Positions 50,991 to 64,000 of a stretch of 64,000 nt of DNA are shown here, one piece after another. Positions within the stretch are counted from its first letter, which is position 1; each line of letters starts with the position of its first letter. The DNA lies in contig NC_043006.1 of assembly GCF_006345805.1 (NCBI RefSeq), positions 80,972,001 through 81,036,000 on the forward strand. Direction: 5' to 3'. The position numbers were made by a program, and so were the translations under genes. Source of the stretch: Octopus sinensis. Its lineage: Eukaryota. The notes beneath the pieces are model-generated. The model was not told where the DNA came from. It was given only the letters and a program-made list of their open reading frames with translations, and ran no database searches.

Positions 50991-53194
50991 ATAAGTAAAT
51001 AAGTCAATAAATGCATATGAAGATTTTCTCCAGGAATCAAACGTACAACAGTGAAGTCTGTTATTCTTTCAACCATGACTAAGAAATTCACAATTCATTA
51101 AATACTTCAGACCCAGCACTGAAACCTAGCTCCTTTATGACATGTTATAAATAGTGTTATTTATCCACACTACATCATATAGACTGTGCTGTAAGTACTT
51201 TCTAAGCACTACTCTGATAATATTCACGAGACTAGATTAACTGACTTACGCCTTGACAATTTATGGATGCCTTTGAAAGAAAAGTATTCTTCCCTTATCA
51301 ACAGTCATTAATACAAGCTTGGTCAAGCGTTTCCTTGTTCAACAAATATAAGAAGCAAAGACAGAAACTAACTCTTTTCAGATGAACATGAAATATTTGT
51401 GACTATATCCAAAGTGTGGCTTCGATTTGAATATTTGTGTACCAAACGTTTCTCACAAGAGAACCAAATTTCATTATCTCAGCTGGATTAAAAAATAATT
51501 TTGCCTTCCTTTGCATAGAGTCTTGATTGATTTATCCGATAACTTTTTCAACTTTATAGAGAAAAAACACTCGACTATTATGATAATGATAGTCTTGTCC
51601 TCTTTGTAAGGTTTATATTGGATGTTAGTTTTTCATAATTATTTCTTGCTCAGTATAAGTATGTTTTCTTCATATGAAGAAACATTTTCATTTCTGGAGT
51701 GATTCTACCTTTGGCTTAGATTCGAATTCATCAGTTTATAGTGTTAGCATCATAGTATGACACAGGTCTCAATCTATATATTTTATAGAATTTAACTACT
51801 CACACATACACAATCACACACACGCACGTGCAGGCGCGCACACCCACACACACACACATACACACAGATAATAGCATGTATGTTAATACAGACTGCCCAT
51901 AAATTGCCTTTACAAATCCCACAACCTATTGTATTAATTAATACTAGGATCCATAAAAAAACGCCTTACCATGTCAAATAAATATTAAAATTTCAATTTA
52001 TGTACTTCGTTTTAATATTTACATCATTTTCATTTGACTTTAGAGAGTTTTATTACTTGCTTAGTTTATATTTTGCTAAGTTTTTTTTGCAGATTGTAAA
52101 GGTAATTTATAGACACACTCTATAAATATATATATTATTTATATTATTATATGTTTAAACGCCACGCATCCATTTCCAAGTAAATTTGTCAACACACACA
52201 CATATACACACATATATACATGCATACACACACACGTACATATATATGTATTACTCGATCTCCATGTATTTGAGTATGTATGTATATGTGTATACATGCA
52301 TGTATGTATGTGTGTACTTATACGAGTAATAGGAATATATATGGGTAAACTGAAAGGGAAATCTGTATATGATATCTAAAATATGCTTCAGAAAGCAAAT
52401 TATCTTAGAAATTTTATATTGATGTATCCTTGTAAAATAGTAACAGCAACACATTTTGTTAGCGATATTCACAATTAAGATACAATTAAGATACCGATAA
52501 TATAACAAACATTATATTAATTTGCGGTATATCATGTGAATTAGTCTCAGGAGAAAAAAAAATATCTAGTCTGTCACGCTAATCAATTTGTTTCACTATT
52601 ATTGGAATTACATTAGAAGCCTTACATTGTGTTTACGTGCAAAAATAGGCTAGACTCCAAATGTCATATAACGTCTGGCAATAAAATTTCACGGTTATAT
52701 GTATTTTTAAAGCACAGTTAATTTATGGTATATATACCTAGGCATTTTCGTTAATTTCAATTACCGAATTCTAATGTATCCTTGACATGCTAACATCACA
52801 ATAATTAATAATAATCACCTGTAATGTACTTAAGTATCGTAATACCTTGAATCGTATGGATATTGGATTACAAGAGGAAGGATTTTTGTTGTTCTATTCC
52901 ATGTAGATGTAAACGTATATCATTTCATATATATATATATATATTACATTGGGATAATAGCTCATTTAATATTAATGACGTTATATACAGAACAAATTAA
53001 GTCTATGAATAATATCACCTCCATTTTCGACTATAAAACCAAAAATTACCACCCTGAGACCCAATATTAAAAACTAAATATGGGAAAGATTTGACCTTGC
53101 GACTCGGAGAATTGATTAAAATACTGAATTAGGAACAAAGAATTCCAGAATTACTTCAGCAAAAAAACAATGAAAAGGGGGAAAAAAGGGGAGA

Positions 53195-53750
53195 TTAATG
53201 AGGGGAATAACAGTTTGTACACTCCAATCTGAATTCTGGTATAATGGCAAAGGCACTGCCGCGGCGAAACGTCAGCAACAGTCGTTGTAGACGATACCCC
53301 AACTCACGGAGGATCATTTCCCGGAGGGGCCTCTGTCCTTCTGATTTTGTAGAGGAAATCAGCAGTACAGGATCCCAGAAATCTGACATCTCGACGGCAA
53401 CCGGTACGAACAAGTAGCGACTCGTAAAATTACGGTTCTTCGTTATCTTCCAGTCCTCTGCATTACGATCGACGACATCTGGTTTTGAGGTCGATGCGGC
53501 AAAGCTGGAGACGGAGAATGTGCCAGAGTAAGTTCCAGATTAGAGATCTATCTCCCTCGAATGGGAAGAGGGTTATTAGACCGTAGGCTTAACATTCACG
53601 GGGGCCAAGATTTGTTGACTCCAATTTTGATAGACAGCCGGCTACGTGGAGGACACTTTTGATAACGCCGTTTAGAGTGACGTGCCGAGAGAACCCGCCC
53701 GCACTGTGGGTGCAGCAAAACAGATGCAGGCCGAACACCACAATGGCATT
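53195..53750 (-). mobile_element. RLE-type (CRE-like) non-LTR retrotransposon C-terminal relic
   Basis: CHCG...GLHLFCCTHSAGGFSRHVTLNGVIK (zinc knuckle plus RH motif), degenerate KP(D)GL.TLFPF...LIWN, AEDWKITKN, and YLFVPVAVEMSDFW...RELGYRLQRLLLTFRRGSAFAI. Confidence 0.8.
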
Positions 53751-53943
53751 TTTTAGATCGTGCAAGTAAAACCATTACAACATCTTATAATAAGAATGAA
53801 AAATGTATAGACAGACGTTGGAGTAATCTGTGTTTTAGATTATCAGCTTCATTGTTTACTGTTATCTCTTATACATCAGGAGACAACCTTTCAATCATTT
53901 TATGGTTTATTATGGAAATTTTTACCCAGTACATCATAACACG

Positions 53944-53979
<36 letters not shown>

Positions 53980-53980
<1 letters not shown>

Positions 53981-54221
53981 TGTGTTGGTGCATAATTATT
54001 GCGGCTTTTGTTCAACAAATTTTATTCAACAAAAAACAATAACAATATTTAACAAAAACATCTTTAAATGACGGCCTAACCGTCTGCCAAGCAAATGGGA
54101 AGCAGTAATTGAAGTAGATTGTGAATATACTCCGGAATAATCAATTAAAGTTGTTTTTGTTTGATGCTATTGATTTATTGAATAAAATTTGTTGAAAAAC
54201 CGCAATAATTATGCACCAAAC

Positions 54222-54224
<3 letters not shown>
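53980..54224 (+). mobile_element. Mariner-derived MITE (~245 bp)
   Basis: TIR ttg(t/g)gttggtgcataattattgcgg extended to ~80 bp, imperfect; TA flanks; the centre encodes the transposase C-terminus RLPSKWEAVIEVDCEYTPE*. Confidence 0.88.
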
Positions 54225-54257
<33 letters not shown>

Positions 54258-54549
54258 CTGCCCATTTCTCCTTTGCCGCAGCCTACTACATTCGTCTGAT
54301 AGTCGAAAGACACTTTCTGTTATATATTTATGCTGTAATGGTACCTTTATTTTCCTTTTGGTGTATCGGCAAAAAGCGTGTGTCTATTGTATATGTATAA
54401 TTCTTTTACTGTTGCACTTGTATTATTATTTCACCACCTTACATTCGTATGGCAGTCGAAAGATACCCTCTGTTATTTATTTATTTATTCATAAAAGTTT
54501 TGTTGTATAGCCGAAAGGCGTTCGTCTGTCGTATGTGTATGATTGTAAC

Positions 54550-55404
54550 TTTCTGACATCTCAATTTATCAGATATATTTATCAAAATATATTTCTGACA
54601 TCTCATTTTATTAGATATATTTATCAAAATTACATAAAATATCTTGAAGTACTACAGACTAAAATCGCCATTGACGTCAATCACGGCCTCCAGATGACTT
54701 CGGAATCTCCTGCAAATCTTCTGGACGGTCTCGTTGTTTAAGTTCGTGCATGCTGCCATAATCCTTGCCTTCAGTTCATCTTTGGTGTTACTAGGAGTTT
54801 CGTTAATCTCTCACTCAACTGCATCCCACAGTTAATAATCTAGGGTTTGCAGTCTGGTGTGTTACATGGCCAGATATTAGGGAAGGTGTGGTCGCAGAAA
54901 TCGTCTGACTGGGTTCTTCTGCTTGTGTGACATGTTGCAGAGAACTGTTGCCAGAAACGAAGTCTTCCAGCACCCACCCTTTGCCCCATGCACTACGATC
55001 TCGCCCAGACACACCATGTAGACATCTGTGTTGATTCTGAGGCCGTGTGGGAAGCTGAATGGAGGAATAACGTCTTCATCACTAGTGATCATTCCGAACA
55101 CCATGATGTTGACTGGGTATTTGGTTTATATGACTCAGGGTACATGTCCTCAGATTGCACTGTCCTCAGATTGACACCAAACACTCTGAAATGTACGTAT
55201 TGGAGCTTCCGGCACAGAAGCCAAGCAGTACAGCATATCACTTCGAAATTTCTGGCAGAGTGAATTGCGTCATGGTACTGTTTTTCTCACAGACGGTGCC
55301 CAACTAACCCTGCTATACTGTATAGTCGACAAGATCAAAAGCAAAGAAATTGCGAACGTAAAATTAGTAATATAACATTGCGAAAATTTTCCTACCACAG
55401 CCTG
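54550..55404 (-). mobile_element. Internally deleted maT/mori-type (DD37D-like) Tc1/mariner relic
   Basis: Left end cagGctgtggtaggaaaatttt with TA at 55405. Translation: MTQFTLPE...GVNLRTVQ, then YPVNIMVFGMITSD..., WQQFSATCHTSRRTQS...NIWPCNTPDC, and KDELKARIMAA. The right TIR was not found. Confidence 0.85.
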
Positions 55405-55455
55405 TACACATGCGTACATATACATACACACACACACATTCATACATATATACAT

Positions 55456-55487
<32 letters not shown>

Positions 55488-55544
55488 TTATGTATGTATG
55501 CATATGTGAATTTGTGTATGTATGTTTTATTTATTATTTTATTT

Positions 55545-56097
55545 AATTTATTTTATCTAGTTTCAGCTCACGAGCTGTGGCCATGCTGGGGCACCGCCAT
55601 TTGGTGTTGCTACATGATTTTACTTCACGAATGCTTTTTAGCAATTGCCATTTGGTACATGAGAGAGTTCTATGGAGCTGCCCTCATCTGCATCTCCTGC
55701 CGTGAAGTTGGTTGATCTGGGACACCTGACAGGAAGAGATCCAGTTTTATTTTAAAGACATCTGCATCAACCCCATGCAGGTCTCTCAGGTTCTTCGGGA
55801 GGATATTGAAGAGCTGTGGGCCTCTGAAGCCCAGGCTATCACAGTATCTTGTCCTACATCTTGATGGCAAATTTGGAGTCCTCGGCATTATGCAGTGGTG
55901 CCCAGTTCTAGCATTTGTGTAACTCTCGATGCCAAAGTTTGGGACAAGTCCTTCTAGGATCTTCCAGATGCATATTATGGCATATCTTTCCCGCCTACGC
56001 TCTACGGAATAGAGTCTTAATCTCTTGAGTCTTTCCCAGTAGCTTGTATGCTGCACAGAGGCTATCTTCTTCGTGTAGCTTCGTTGGATCGCCTTCA

Positions 56098-56100
<3 letters not shown>
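55545..56100 (-). mobile_element. CR1-type LINE 3' fragment with 3' UTR
   Basis: LKAIQRSYTKKI...YWERLKRLRLYSVERRRERY...WKILEGLVPN...GPQLFNILPK...FKIKLDLFLS.VPD.P; A-rich tail. Confidence 0.92.
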
Positions 56101-56137
<37 letters not shown>

Positions 56138-56304
56138 TAGCATAGATGTTGATCTGTTTACAAACACACACACGTACATATAATGGTAAATACACTAACA
56201 CTTATGTAAATAAATAAATATATATAGAGATAGATAAATAGATAGATAAAGAGATACAAATTCTCAGTATAAAAATATATATATACAAATACACACACAT
56301 GTAA

Positions 56305-56364
<60 letters not shown>

Positions 56365-56460
56365 TATATGCATATATGTGTGTGCATATATATGTATGTA
56401 TATATATTTATGCTTGTACATGCGTTTATATATATATACACACACATATCTAAGTATACA
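56100..56460. repeat. Compound (TA)n/(GATA) low-complexity tract
   Basis: Direct sequence. Confidence 0.9.
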
Positions 56461-57279
56461 GAAACATGATTATATATTGCTTCAACGTCACTATACATAT
56501 TCAAGTATAATATATTCATCCTCAATATTGCTCTCTTCTATCCTGTGACTTTTCTGGGTTATTACTTCGTTAAATACTGTAAATCTCATTTATTCTCAGA
56601 CCTTTTTTTTGATTACCCGGAAAATAAACATTAGTTTAACGTGTAAATATATAGTAAAAATTATATTTCCAAATTTATCTCGCTATGTGGGTAAATACAT
56701 AATGATTCCGTATATACATATTCATGAGTGTATATAAATGCAATTAATTCATTATATGCCCCTCGAAACGATTTGTTGTATGTTTGCCAGTTCGCCATAA
56801 CAAGCATTTTACACAGAAATTCTTCCAGTGAAAAATTGTTGTCTTATAAAACAAAAGAATCTTACTGCGGCTCTCGATGGGCTAGATAAAGCAACTGGAA
56901 TGACCCGCAAACCGTATGTTAGACGGCTAAAGCAAAGTGCTTTTCACCTGTAGAAGTTTTAAATCAGACATGAGCAAACTGCAACCCGTGGGACTTTCTG
57001 AAGAGCACACCAATGAAAAACTATCGTGAACCTTTTCTAGTAGTGCGGACTGCGTGAAGATGAGCCATGTCTTATACGGTCCGCTTCTAGTAAAAGTTGC
57101 CCTTACCTACTTTAAATTATAAGTCTGAGCGATTGAGTTGGATCTGGGGATAAACAAGATTATTCATTCACAACATCATCTGATATTTATTTATATTCTT
57201 TTCAGTCACAACAATACATAGATATACACTCAGACATACATACATGCACCTACACACACTCCCCCATACACACAGACCA

Positions 57280-57298
57280 TCTCTCTCACACACACACA

Positions 57299-57332
<34 letters not shown>

Positions 57333-57400
57333 TCTCCGCTCTCTTTCTCTCTCTCTCTCTCTCTTACCCCCTTTCTCAACTCTGCTCCTCTCGATCTGCC

Positions 57401-57440
<40 letters not shown>
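57280..57440. repeat. (CA)n/(CT)n microsatellite
   Basis: Direct sequence; source of the RERERE pseudo-ORF. Confidence 0.95.
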
Positions 57441-57915
57441 AAACACACACCTATAATGTATGTAAACAGTTTTTCTTCATTTGGGTCTCTTCGAAGACCT
57501 TCTCAATAATTTCGATAAAAATTCTTAGATTCTTAGTTTCTGTTATTTGTGAACAGATTTCTATACACAAGTATTTTGATACACAATGTTCTCAAGATGT
57601 TATTCTACTGCATATTGTGAAATCAAGCAAATAATTGAATTCAACAAATTTTTCGTTATAATTACTAGTTGGCCAGTTATTTGTAAAGTTATTAAATGGC
57701 ATGTCAATGGCTTATCAATGCAAAATATAACTATATACGAAGTCTTTACTGAAACGTTAATAACTTCATTTAACACACACACATACACACACACACATGT
57801 ATACGCACATATGTGCATATACATTTATACGTATTAAGAGATACACATACACACTCTTACACATACAAACACAAAAACAAGACTTACACACATAGATATA
57901 TATGCACATACTATA

Positions 57916-58311
57916 CTAGCAGTATCGCCGGGCGTTGCTCGGGTTTGTAAGGGAAATAACTATATAAGCATTTTTAGAGAGTTATAGCCAAAAGATAGCA
58001 AAAAAATGCATTAAAAATGGAAAAGAAATTATAGTAATTTTTAAAAAAAATCGTTGACTCATCGTAGACATTTTTAGAGAGTTACTTCCCTTATATAATA
58101 GCGAAAAAATGCATTAAAATGGAAAAAAATGATGGTAATTTTTTTTTAATCGTAGACTCATCGTAGACGCGCGCTAATACCCAGAAGGGCTCGATATGAA
58201 TCACGACTATAAGATACCCAGTTTTGGTTAAACTGCACCGCAAAATGTGGGAGTAGTTAGGAATCTAAATCATAGGAGACAGACACACAACTTCTCTTTT
58301 ATATATAAAGA
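57916..58311 (-). mobile_element. Non-autonomous Helitron
   Basis: A|TC 5' end, subterminal hairpin cccgagcaacgcccgg, 3' CTAG|T. Confidence 0.88.
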
Positions 58312-59289
58312 TATATACATCTGTGTGTGTGTTCTTCCACGAACTTTGTTATTGTGAACATGGATCTTTTCAGTTTTGCTCACAGATTTTTTTATTATTT
58401 TTTTTTTTTAACTAAACAGTTTGAAACTTCGTCTTAATCTCCCTTCTATTACCTCCTATTACTCTCTCCATCTTTTCTCCAGATAGTGTCGTCTGCTTTC
58501 TTCCCTTTGGATTTTTCCTTGTAATTTCTTCACGGCCAGTTGATATATTTTTATTTTATCGTAAGATGTCCTTTTACTTTTTTCGTTCTATCACCTCAGT
58601 ATTACGTATACATATATACCATACTCGGTGCGCGTATAGACAAAAGTATATCTCACTCAAATTCGCGCGCAGGTATTTTTAAAGCAGGTGTCTGCATTTT
58701 TTGTTCATGGAATATATGCGCCTTGTTAGATCATCTTAAAATTATATTTCATTATTGAAAATGATTTTAGATTTGTTTTTAATAGCTCTCAAAATTTTAA
58801 TTTCTTCTAATATGATAAATCTCACGATCAATGTCTAGTTTTATTGTAAATCTTACTTAATGGCAGTTCATAATAAAATTTATATTTCATGCACGTCCTT
58901 ATTTAGTATGAATGTTTTATAAAATATTAAAGTGAGACAGACAGAAGAGAGAAGGATGAATAACACGTGTGTGTGTGTGCGCGCTGTTTACGTTGTAACA
59001 GGATGTCTGAGTTTTTAGACGCAGCAAATGATTTGAGCTCAAACGCTGGCAATTCATTGGTTAAAATTCGAATAATTATACTACGTTAAACTTACAAATT
59101 ACAAATTTATCAAAAAAGCCAAGTGAAAATAATGTTTTCTTTTGACACATTCTACCAGTATACGAAGTTTCAAATAGTTTAGTTAACTAGAAATTGTGTT
59201 GAATTCCGTCCATCAAAAGGAAAAGATCCGAGAAATGTTTTTGTTTCACTTTTAACACGTAATACTGAAATAGTGAAGAAGATATGATA

Positions 59290-59467
59290 TTGCTATGGGC
59301 TCGCCCTAGCCAAGAATTTGAACATCTTGTTGCCCATGAAACTACATGGCCCCTAAATAAGGCATGTGTAAAATTTGAATGAAATTGGTTGCGTAGTTCT
59401 CAAGTTTTAGGGAAACACACAGACAGACAGACAGAAACAGACAAACATTCTCAGTTTTATATATAGA
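59290..59467 (-). mobile_element. 5' fragment of Helitron-like non-autonomous element
   Basis: Reverse reads tctatatataaaactgagaatgtttgtctg(tctg)n...aaccaatttcattcaaattttacac. Confidence 0.5.
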
Positions 59468-60251
59468 GAGATACATACGTAGAGACGCACACTCATACAC
59501 ACACATACACACATGAATATGTTTTGATTTTTTTTGTCAAAACTCTGTAGTTGTACGTAAAGGTCATCGGTGAAATTACATTGGCCAATGTTAACTATGA
59601 ATACATGTGTCATGTTTAGGAAGCGCTATGACTTCTATTGCATTTATACAGATAGACGAAATTTGTTTAAGATCTAGAAAGCTGGCAGCTGAAAATTACG
59701 AACAAAATATTAAAAAAGAAATCCAATAAAAATCATTTTAAGTCTCCATCAGTAAAAATTATACAAATAAGTTTAAGATTTTCGATAGCTTCGTATGCAA
59801 TGTGGAAAAGTGAAGTGTAAATTTTGGGGACAAAAGCATCGTCTGGAGAGAAGAAAGCTTTTTTTTTCTTTTTCAGATTTTCTGTCTTGATGCAACATTC
59901 AATCTTATCCAAACATATGAAGTTCTCTAAAGAAAAGATATGTCTATATGTTTACTAAGTATAGTTGAAAGTTAACCCGTGAACTCTACAAACATTTAAT
60001 TTTTTTGCCTAATTCCATTACGTGATTTATACATGTTTAAACCAAACATAATTTGCAACATTGTTGCTGCTTCTCGCCTGAAGGTATCAAAATATTTCAA
60101 CTTAATTATCTGTTGATGCTTTATCTTAATTCAAAGATTTCCAGTCGGTCAGTTAATGTCATGGAATAATCTGAATTATTGGTCAATGCTATCAGAAACG
60201 GAGCAAATCTAGAAGACATACGAGATATGGTGCACAAGTAGTTAGAGAACA

Positions 60252-60645
60252 TCTTTATTTATAAAAGTGAGGTTGTGTGCTGTCTGTCTCCTACGATTTA
60301 GATTCCTAACTACTCCCACATTTGGCGTTGCAGTTTAACCAAAACCGGGTATCTTATAGTCGTGATTCATATCGAGCCCTTCTGGGTATTAGCGCGCGTC
60401 TACGATGAGTGTACGATTTAAAAAAAAATTACCATCAATTTTTCCCATTTTAATGCATTTTTGGCATATATAAGGGAAGTAACTCTCTAAAAATTTATTA
60501 TTAAATCTCAGAACGTAAAAAGCTACAGTAACACCCCCCCTTTGTGGTTAACCATATTGAGATGGCTGTTATACTTTACATCTCTAAAAATGCTTATATA
60601 GTTATTTCCCTTACAAACCCGAGCAACGCCGGGTGATACTGCTAG
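60252..60645 (+). mobile_element. Non-autonomous Helitron (same family as 57916-58311, inverted)
   Basis: A|TC start at 60252, hairpin cccg-agcaacgc-cggg at 60618-60633, CTAG|T end at 60645. Confidence 0.9.
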
Positions 60646-61039
60646 TAATGTATAATTTTAGAGCGAGATAACGATGTTTTGACTGGAAAAAATCTTTTAA
60701 ACCAATTTATTCATAAGGAGGTATCATGTTTCATTGTAAATCACGTCAAGCGAATATCTATATCTGCAGAGAAAAATAACGACCTGTATTTCTTTTCATG
60801 TATAAACCAATATTTCCTTGAGCACACTCTTCAATAATTTCTCACAACTACTTAAAAGCTTAGTATGAAATCCACTGAATCAGCAAGACAAATATCATCT
60901 ATTTTATTGAAGTATATATTATGTCTTGGATATACTTATATATCTATTATAAAAGGTTTTGGGAATTACATTGAAATATTTAGCATCATAAGATACCAAT
61001 TTATATCGTTTACAGCGTAATGAAATTGACTTCACAAAC

Positions 61040-61273
61040 TCGAATTTATCTAGTTTCAATACCAACCCGGCTGAAACCGCCTCTGGCTCTGTAGCATAAA
61101 TGTCTTGTTGCCATAAGTTTTGAATTAAAATCTTCCACCAAACCTTAGTCACAATTTAAGTTCCTAACACAAGCTTAATAATAACTAAGTTATTTTGCTA
61201 AATTCTTTGTTATACCTTAAAATTAATTGACTGAAATACAGAACATCTCAAAATAAATATGGTAACAAAAGGG
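61040..61273 (+). mobile_element. Possible piggyBac-like MITE right end
   Basis: Ends ggtaacaaaaggg followed by ataa (near-TTAA). The left end was not found. Confidence 0.35.
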
Positions 61274-62888
61274 ATAATAGTAAAAATTTAACCGTCCATA
61301 TCAGCATTTCTTTCTAAGCCGTTGTATTGAAAATTCTACTCTTAATCATGATGAAAATATTCGTTTTTTTCATGGACCGATACACAAGAATGGCTTCTCA
61401 TGTTCTTGTGCAAACATGAAGACTGGAATTCAAAGTTAAACTAAAATCTACCCAACCTGTGGTTTCACAGCTCTCCGAAACTTTAGTATTGACTGCTCAG
61501 AATTTAACTATCGATGTATACTATTACTATCAGATACACCTCAAACAAATGCATACAGATTAATCGTTACATCAAAAATATAGCGCCTGATTAGAAAAAT
61601 GTGTGCCCTAGTGGATAGGCTGTTCTTTTCATAATCTTAAAGTTGTGTGTTCAATTCCTAGACAAAATAGCATGTCATGTCCTACAACAATATACATCAT
61701 TTCATGTTTTTACAGTTTACTCAGCTGTAATGTGCACTAAGCAGGTACTGGTGCAACCATCGCACCCTACCACTTTCATTAATTTAACATAGAAGTGTAA
61801 TTAGAATCTAATGGCCTTTTAGGACGATTAGTAAGATATTATAGAAAGACTTCCTTCAGTATTGGATATGGTATTGTCATTGACAAATTGATTCTGTCGT
61901 TAGTTACAGCTAATTGATTAACATTTTCCTCGGAGTCGTAGAAAGAAGTCTACTGTCTTCAGCACACATATAATTAACGACATGCCAAAAATAACATACA
62001 GACTACACTACATCATACACAATTCGGTGAACGCAGATGGAATACTAATTGTACCAATAAATATGACATTTTCCCCAGAGCTTAGATTTGATTTTCGAAT
62101 ATACGTAAGAATGCTTTTGAGAATTGATAAGAGATGAGACTTTAATCGATTTAAGTACATCCACACGATAGCGAACAGGCATTTGGTAAGCAAAATTTGT
62201 TGAATTATTCGCTTATTTCTTTACAGAGCGGAGGTGCGGGCGCATGGCCTAGTGGTTATGATGTATGTCACTTGGACATAAGTTTGTGGGTTCAATTCCT
62301 AGCCCAGATGATACATTGAGTACTTGAGCAAAGCATAAGCATAAGCATACAAAGCTGTAATGACTACTGTGTGCGTATTGATGTAGACGACGAAGGAAAA
62401 GAGAAATATATGCTGTGTTTGTATGTACGTGAGAAAGATGCGTGCAGGTTATATGTGTACGCGCAAGCCTTTGCTAAAGAGAAAGAGATAGATAGATATA
62501 TACATAGATAGAGAGAAATAAATAAATAGACATATATATATAGAGAGAGGGGATAATGAACTGAGAGAGGACTACATATGTTTCTATAACAAAGAAGGAT
62601 TGATGGTGAATTTAAACGTATTTGTATTCAGGGGGAATATCAATATCCCTGTCCTTGCGAACGAGTGTGTACTCCAATCAATATCGACATAAAGAGAAAC
62701 CCCAACACAGGTTTGAGTAATTAGGTTATACTGATACAGAGCAAGATGGATATAGTTTCCTTATTGAAAGTTTGAGAGACTAATTGTAGTGTAACTTTGA
62801 GAGTATAGCATGTGCCTAATGATCGTCTGAAATCATAGAATTCACTGGATATTACTACGAATCAGAAAGTTCGAAGTGACCTATTACA

Positions 62889-62955
<67 letters not shown>

Positions 62956-63169
62956 CAGTATCTAAATATGAGCTACTAACAGTAGATGTTGCTGCCACAA
63001 ATTGCAAGGAAGTTAACGCAGATGAATACATTGAACTACCCAAACGAAGTAAATGGGTATTAGGTTACAATCCTTAGCGATAAGAGACACTTCATTACTT
63101 CAAAAATCACAAATCTAATTTCGGCGATAAAAAGTTTTAATAATCTTAAACCCATTGAGACTGAAATAC

Positions 63170-64000
63170 GAGTTACATTGGGATCGAAGTTGCCATTCCC
63201 CGATATTGACCTATACCGTTACGGTAATTTTAACATATATTAATGTAATAGACATACACTTGATAAATTTAGGAAAAAAAAATCATACATACCTTCAATC
63301 AAGTAGGCCTGAAAATTACTGTAAGCATTAATGTGCCCAAAGGTGAGTTTTCAGATGCTTCCGTAGACTATAACTCGTACACTTATAAACCCAATCATAA
63401 ACCGTTTGAGAATCTCATATATACTCATAAAAAATTCTGTCAACCCCTATAGTGTATAAAAACCCGGTAGCCAACAATTGGTAATAGGATATTTAATCTC
63501 TGTTGTCCAAAACAAATATTTGATAAATCAAGCCCCTACTCAACAATGCCCTGGCAAGAGCGGTTTCGAAGATGAGATATTTTTCAACACTTCAATTACA
63601 AATATGAAACCTAGAAATAGACATAGGACAATAATATGGCCCAGTCCATTGATTTAAGCGTAAAACTGACATAGACTAAAAATTCTTGGCATTATTGGAT
63701 AAGCATTTCAAAGTAAGCCATAAATACAGGAAATTGTTTAATAGTCGCTCGATGAAAATTAATACAGCTGCTGACACACTTAGAAGGATGTTATCACACG
63801 CAATCCACGCTGAGAGCACATTTTTAATTCTGATTGGGGAGACCTTGAAGATCAGGCGTGTTTGATAAACTGAATTGATTATGAAGTCAAAATCACAGAA
63901 ATTCTCCAAAATATCGTAATCGAAAGAACTACGTCGGTTTATACGAGGGCGATGCTCAAAACGACATGAAAGCCACCAGCCTTCTTTCTGACACATCAAC
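63170..64000 (+). mobile_element. Penelope-like RT relic (runs off window end)
   Basis: VTLGS, DIDLYRYG (compare GLYRDDG), GLKITVSIN...EFSDASVD..YKPNHKP...YTHK, IFDKSSPY, RNRHRTIIWPSP, KFLALLDKHFKVSHKYRKLFN. Confidence 0.85.

Overview
AT-rich eukaryotic genomic DNA packed with microsatellites and transposon relics. The SINE and microsatellite repertoire looks like a coleoid cephalopod (Octopus-like); this is recognition from memory, not a database result. I found no prokaryotic genes, CRISPR arrays, rRNA or true tRNA genes. Only one convincing host-gene signal is visible: a GC-rich minus-strand exon at 36634-36848 with both splice sites and a good-context ATG, encoding a 50-aa N-terminus that ends in a hydrophobic stretch. 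Most of 1-36633 may therefore be one very large intron. The rest comprises: four tRNA-derived SINE families (labelled S1-S4 here) with swappable tails; LINE relics (L1/Tx1-like ORF1, RTE, CR1-type, and RLE-type R4/Dong-like and CRE-like); two Penelope-like relics; five Tc1/mariner elements including a near-intact D,D34D mariner; Helitron/Helentron-type non-autonomous elements; a ~1.5 kb tandem duplication; and several unexplained AT-rich degraded coding-like blocks. Almost all ORFs in the supplied track are microsatellite or SINE artefacts.
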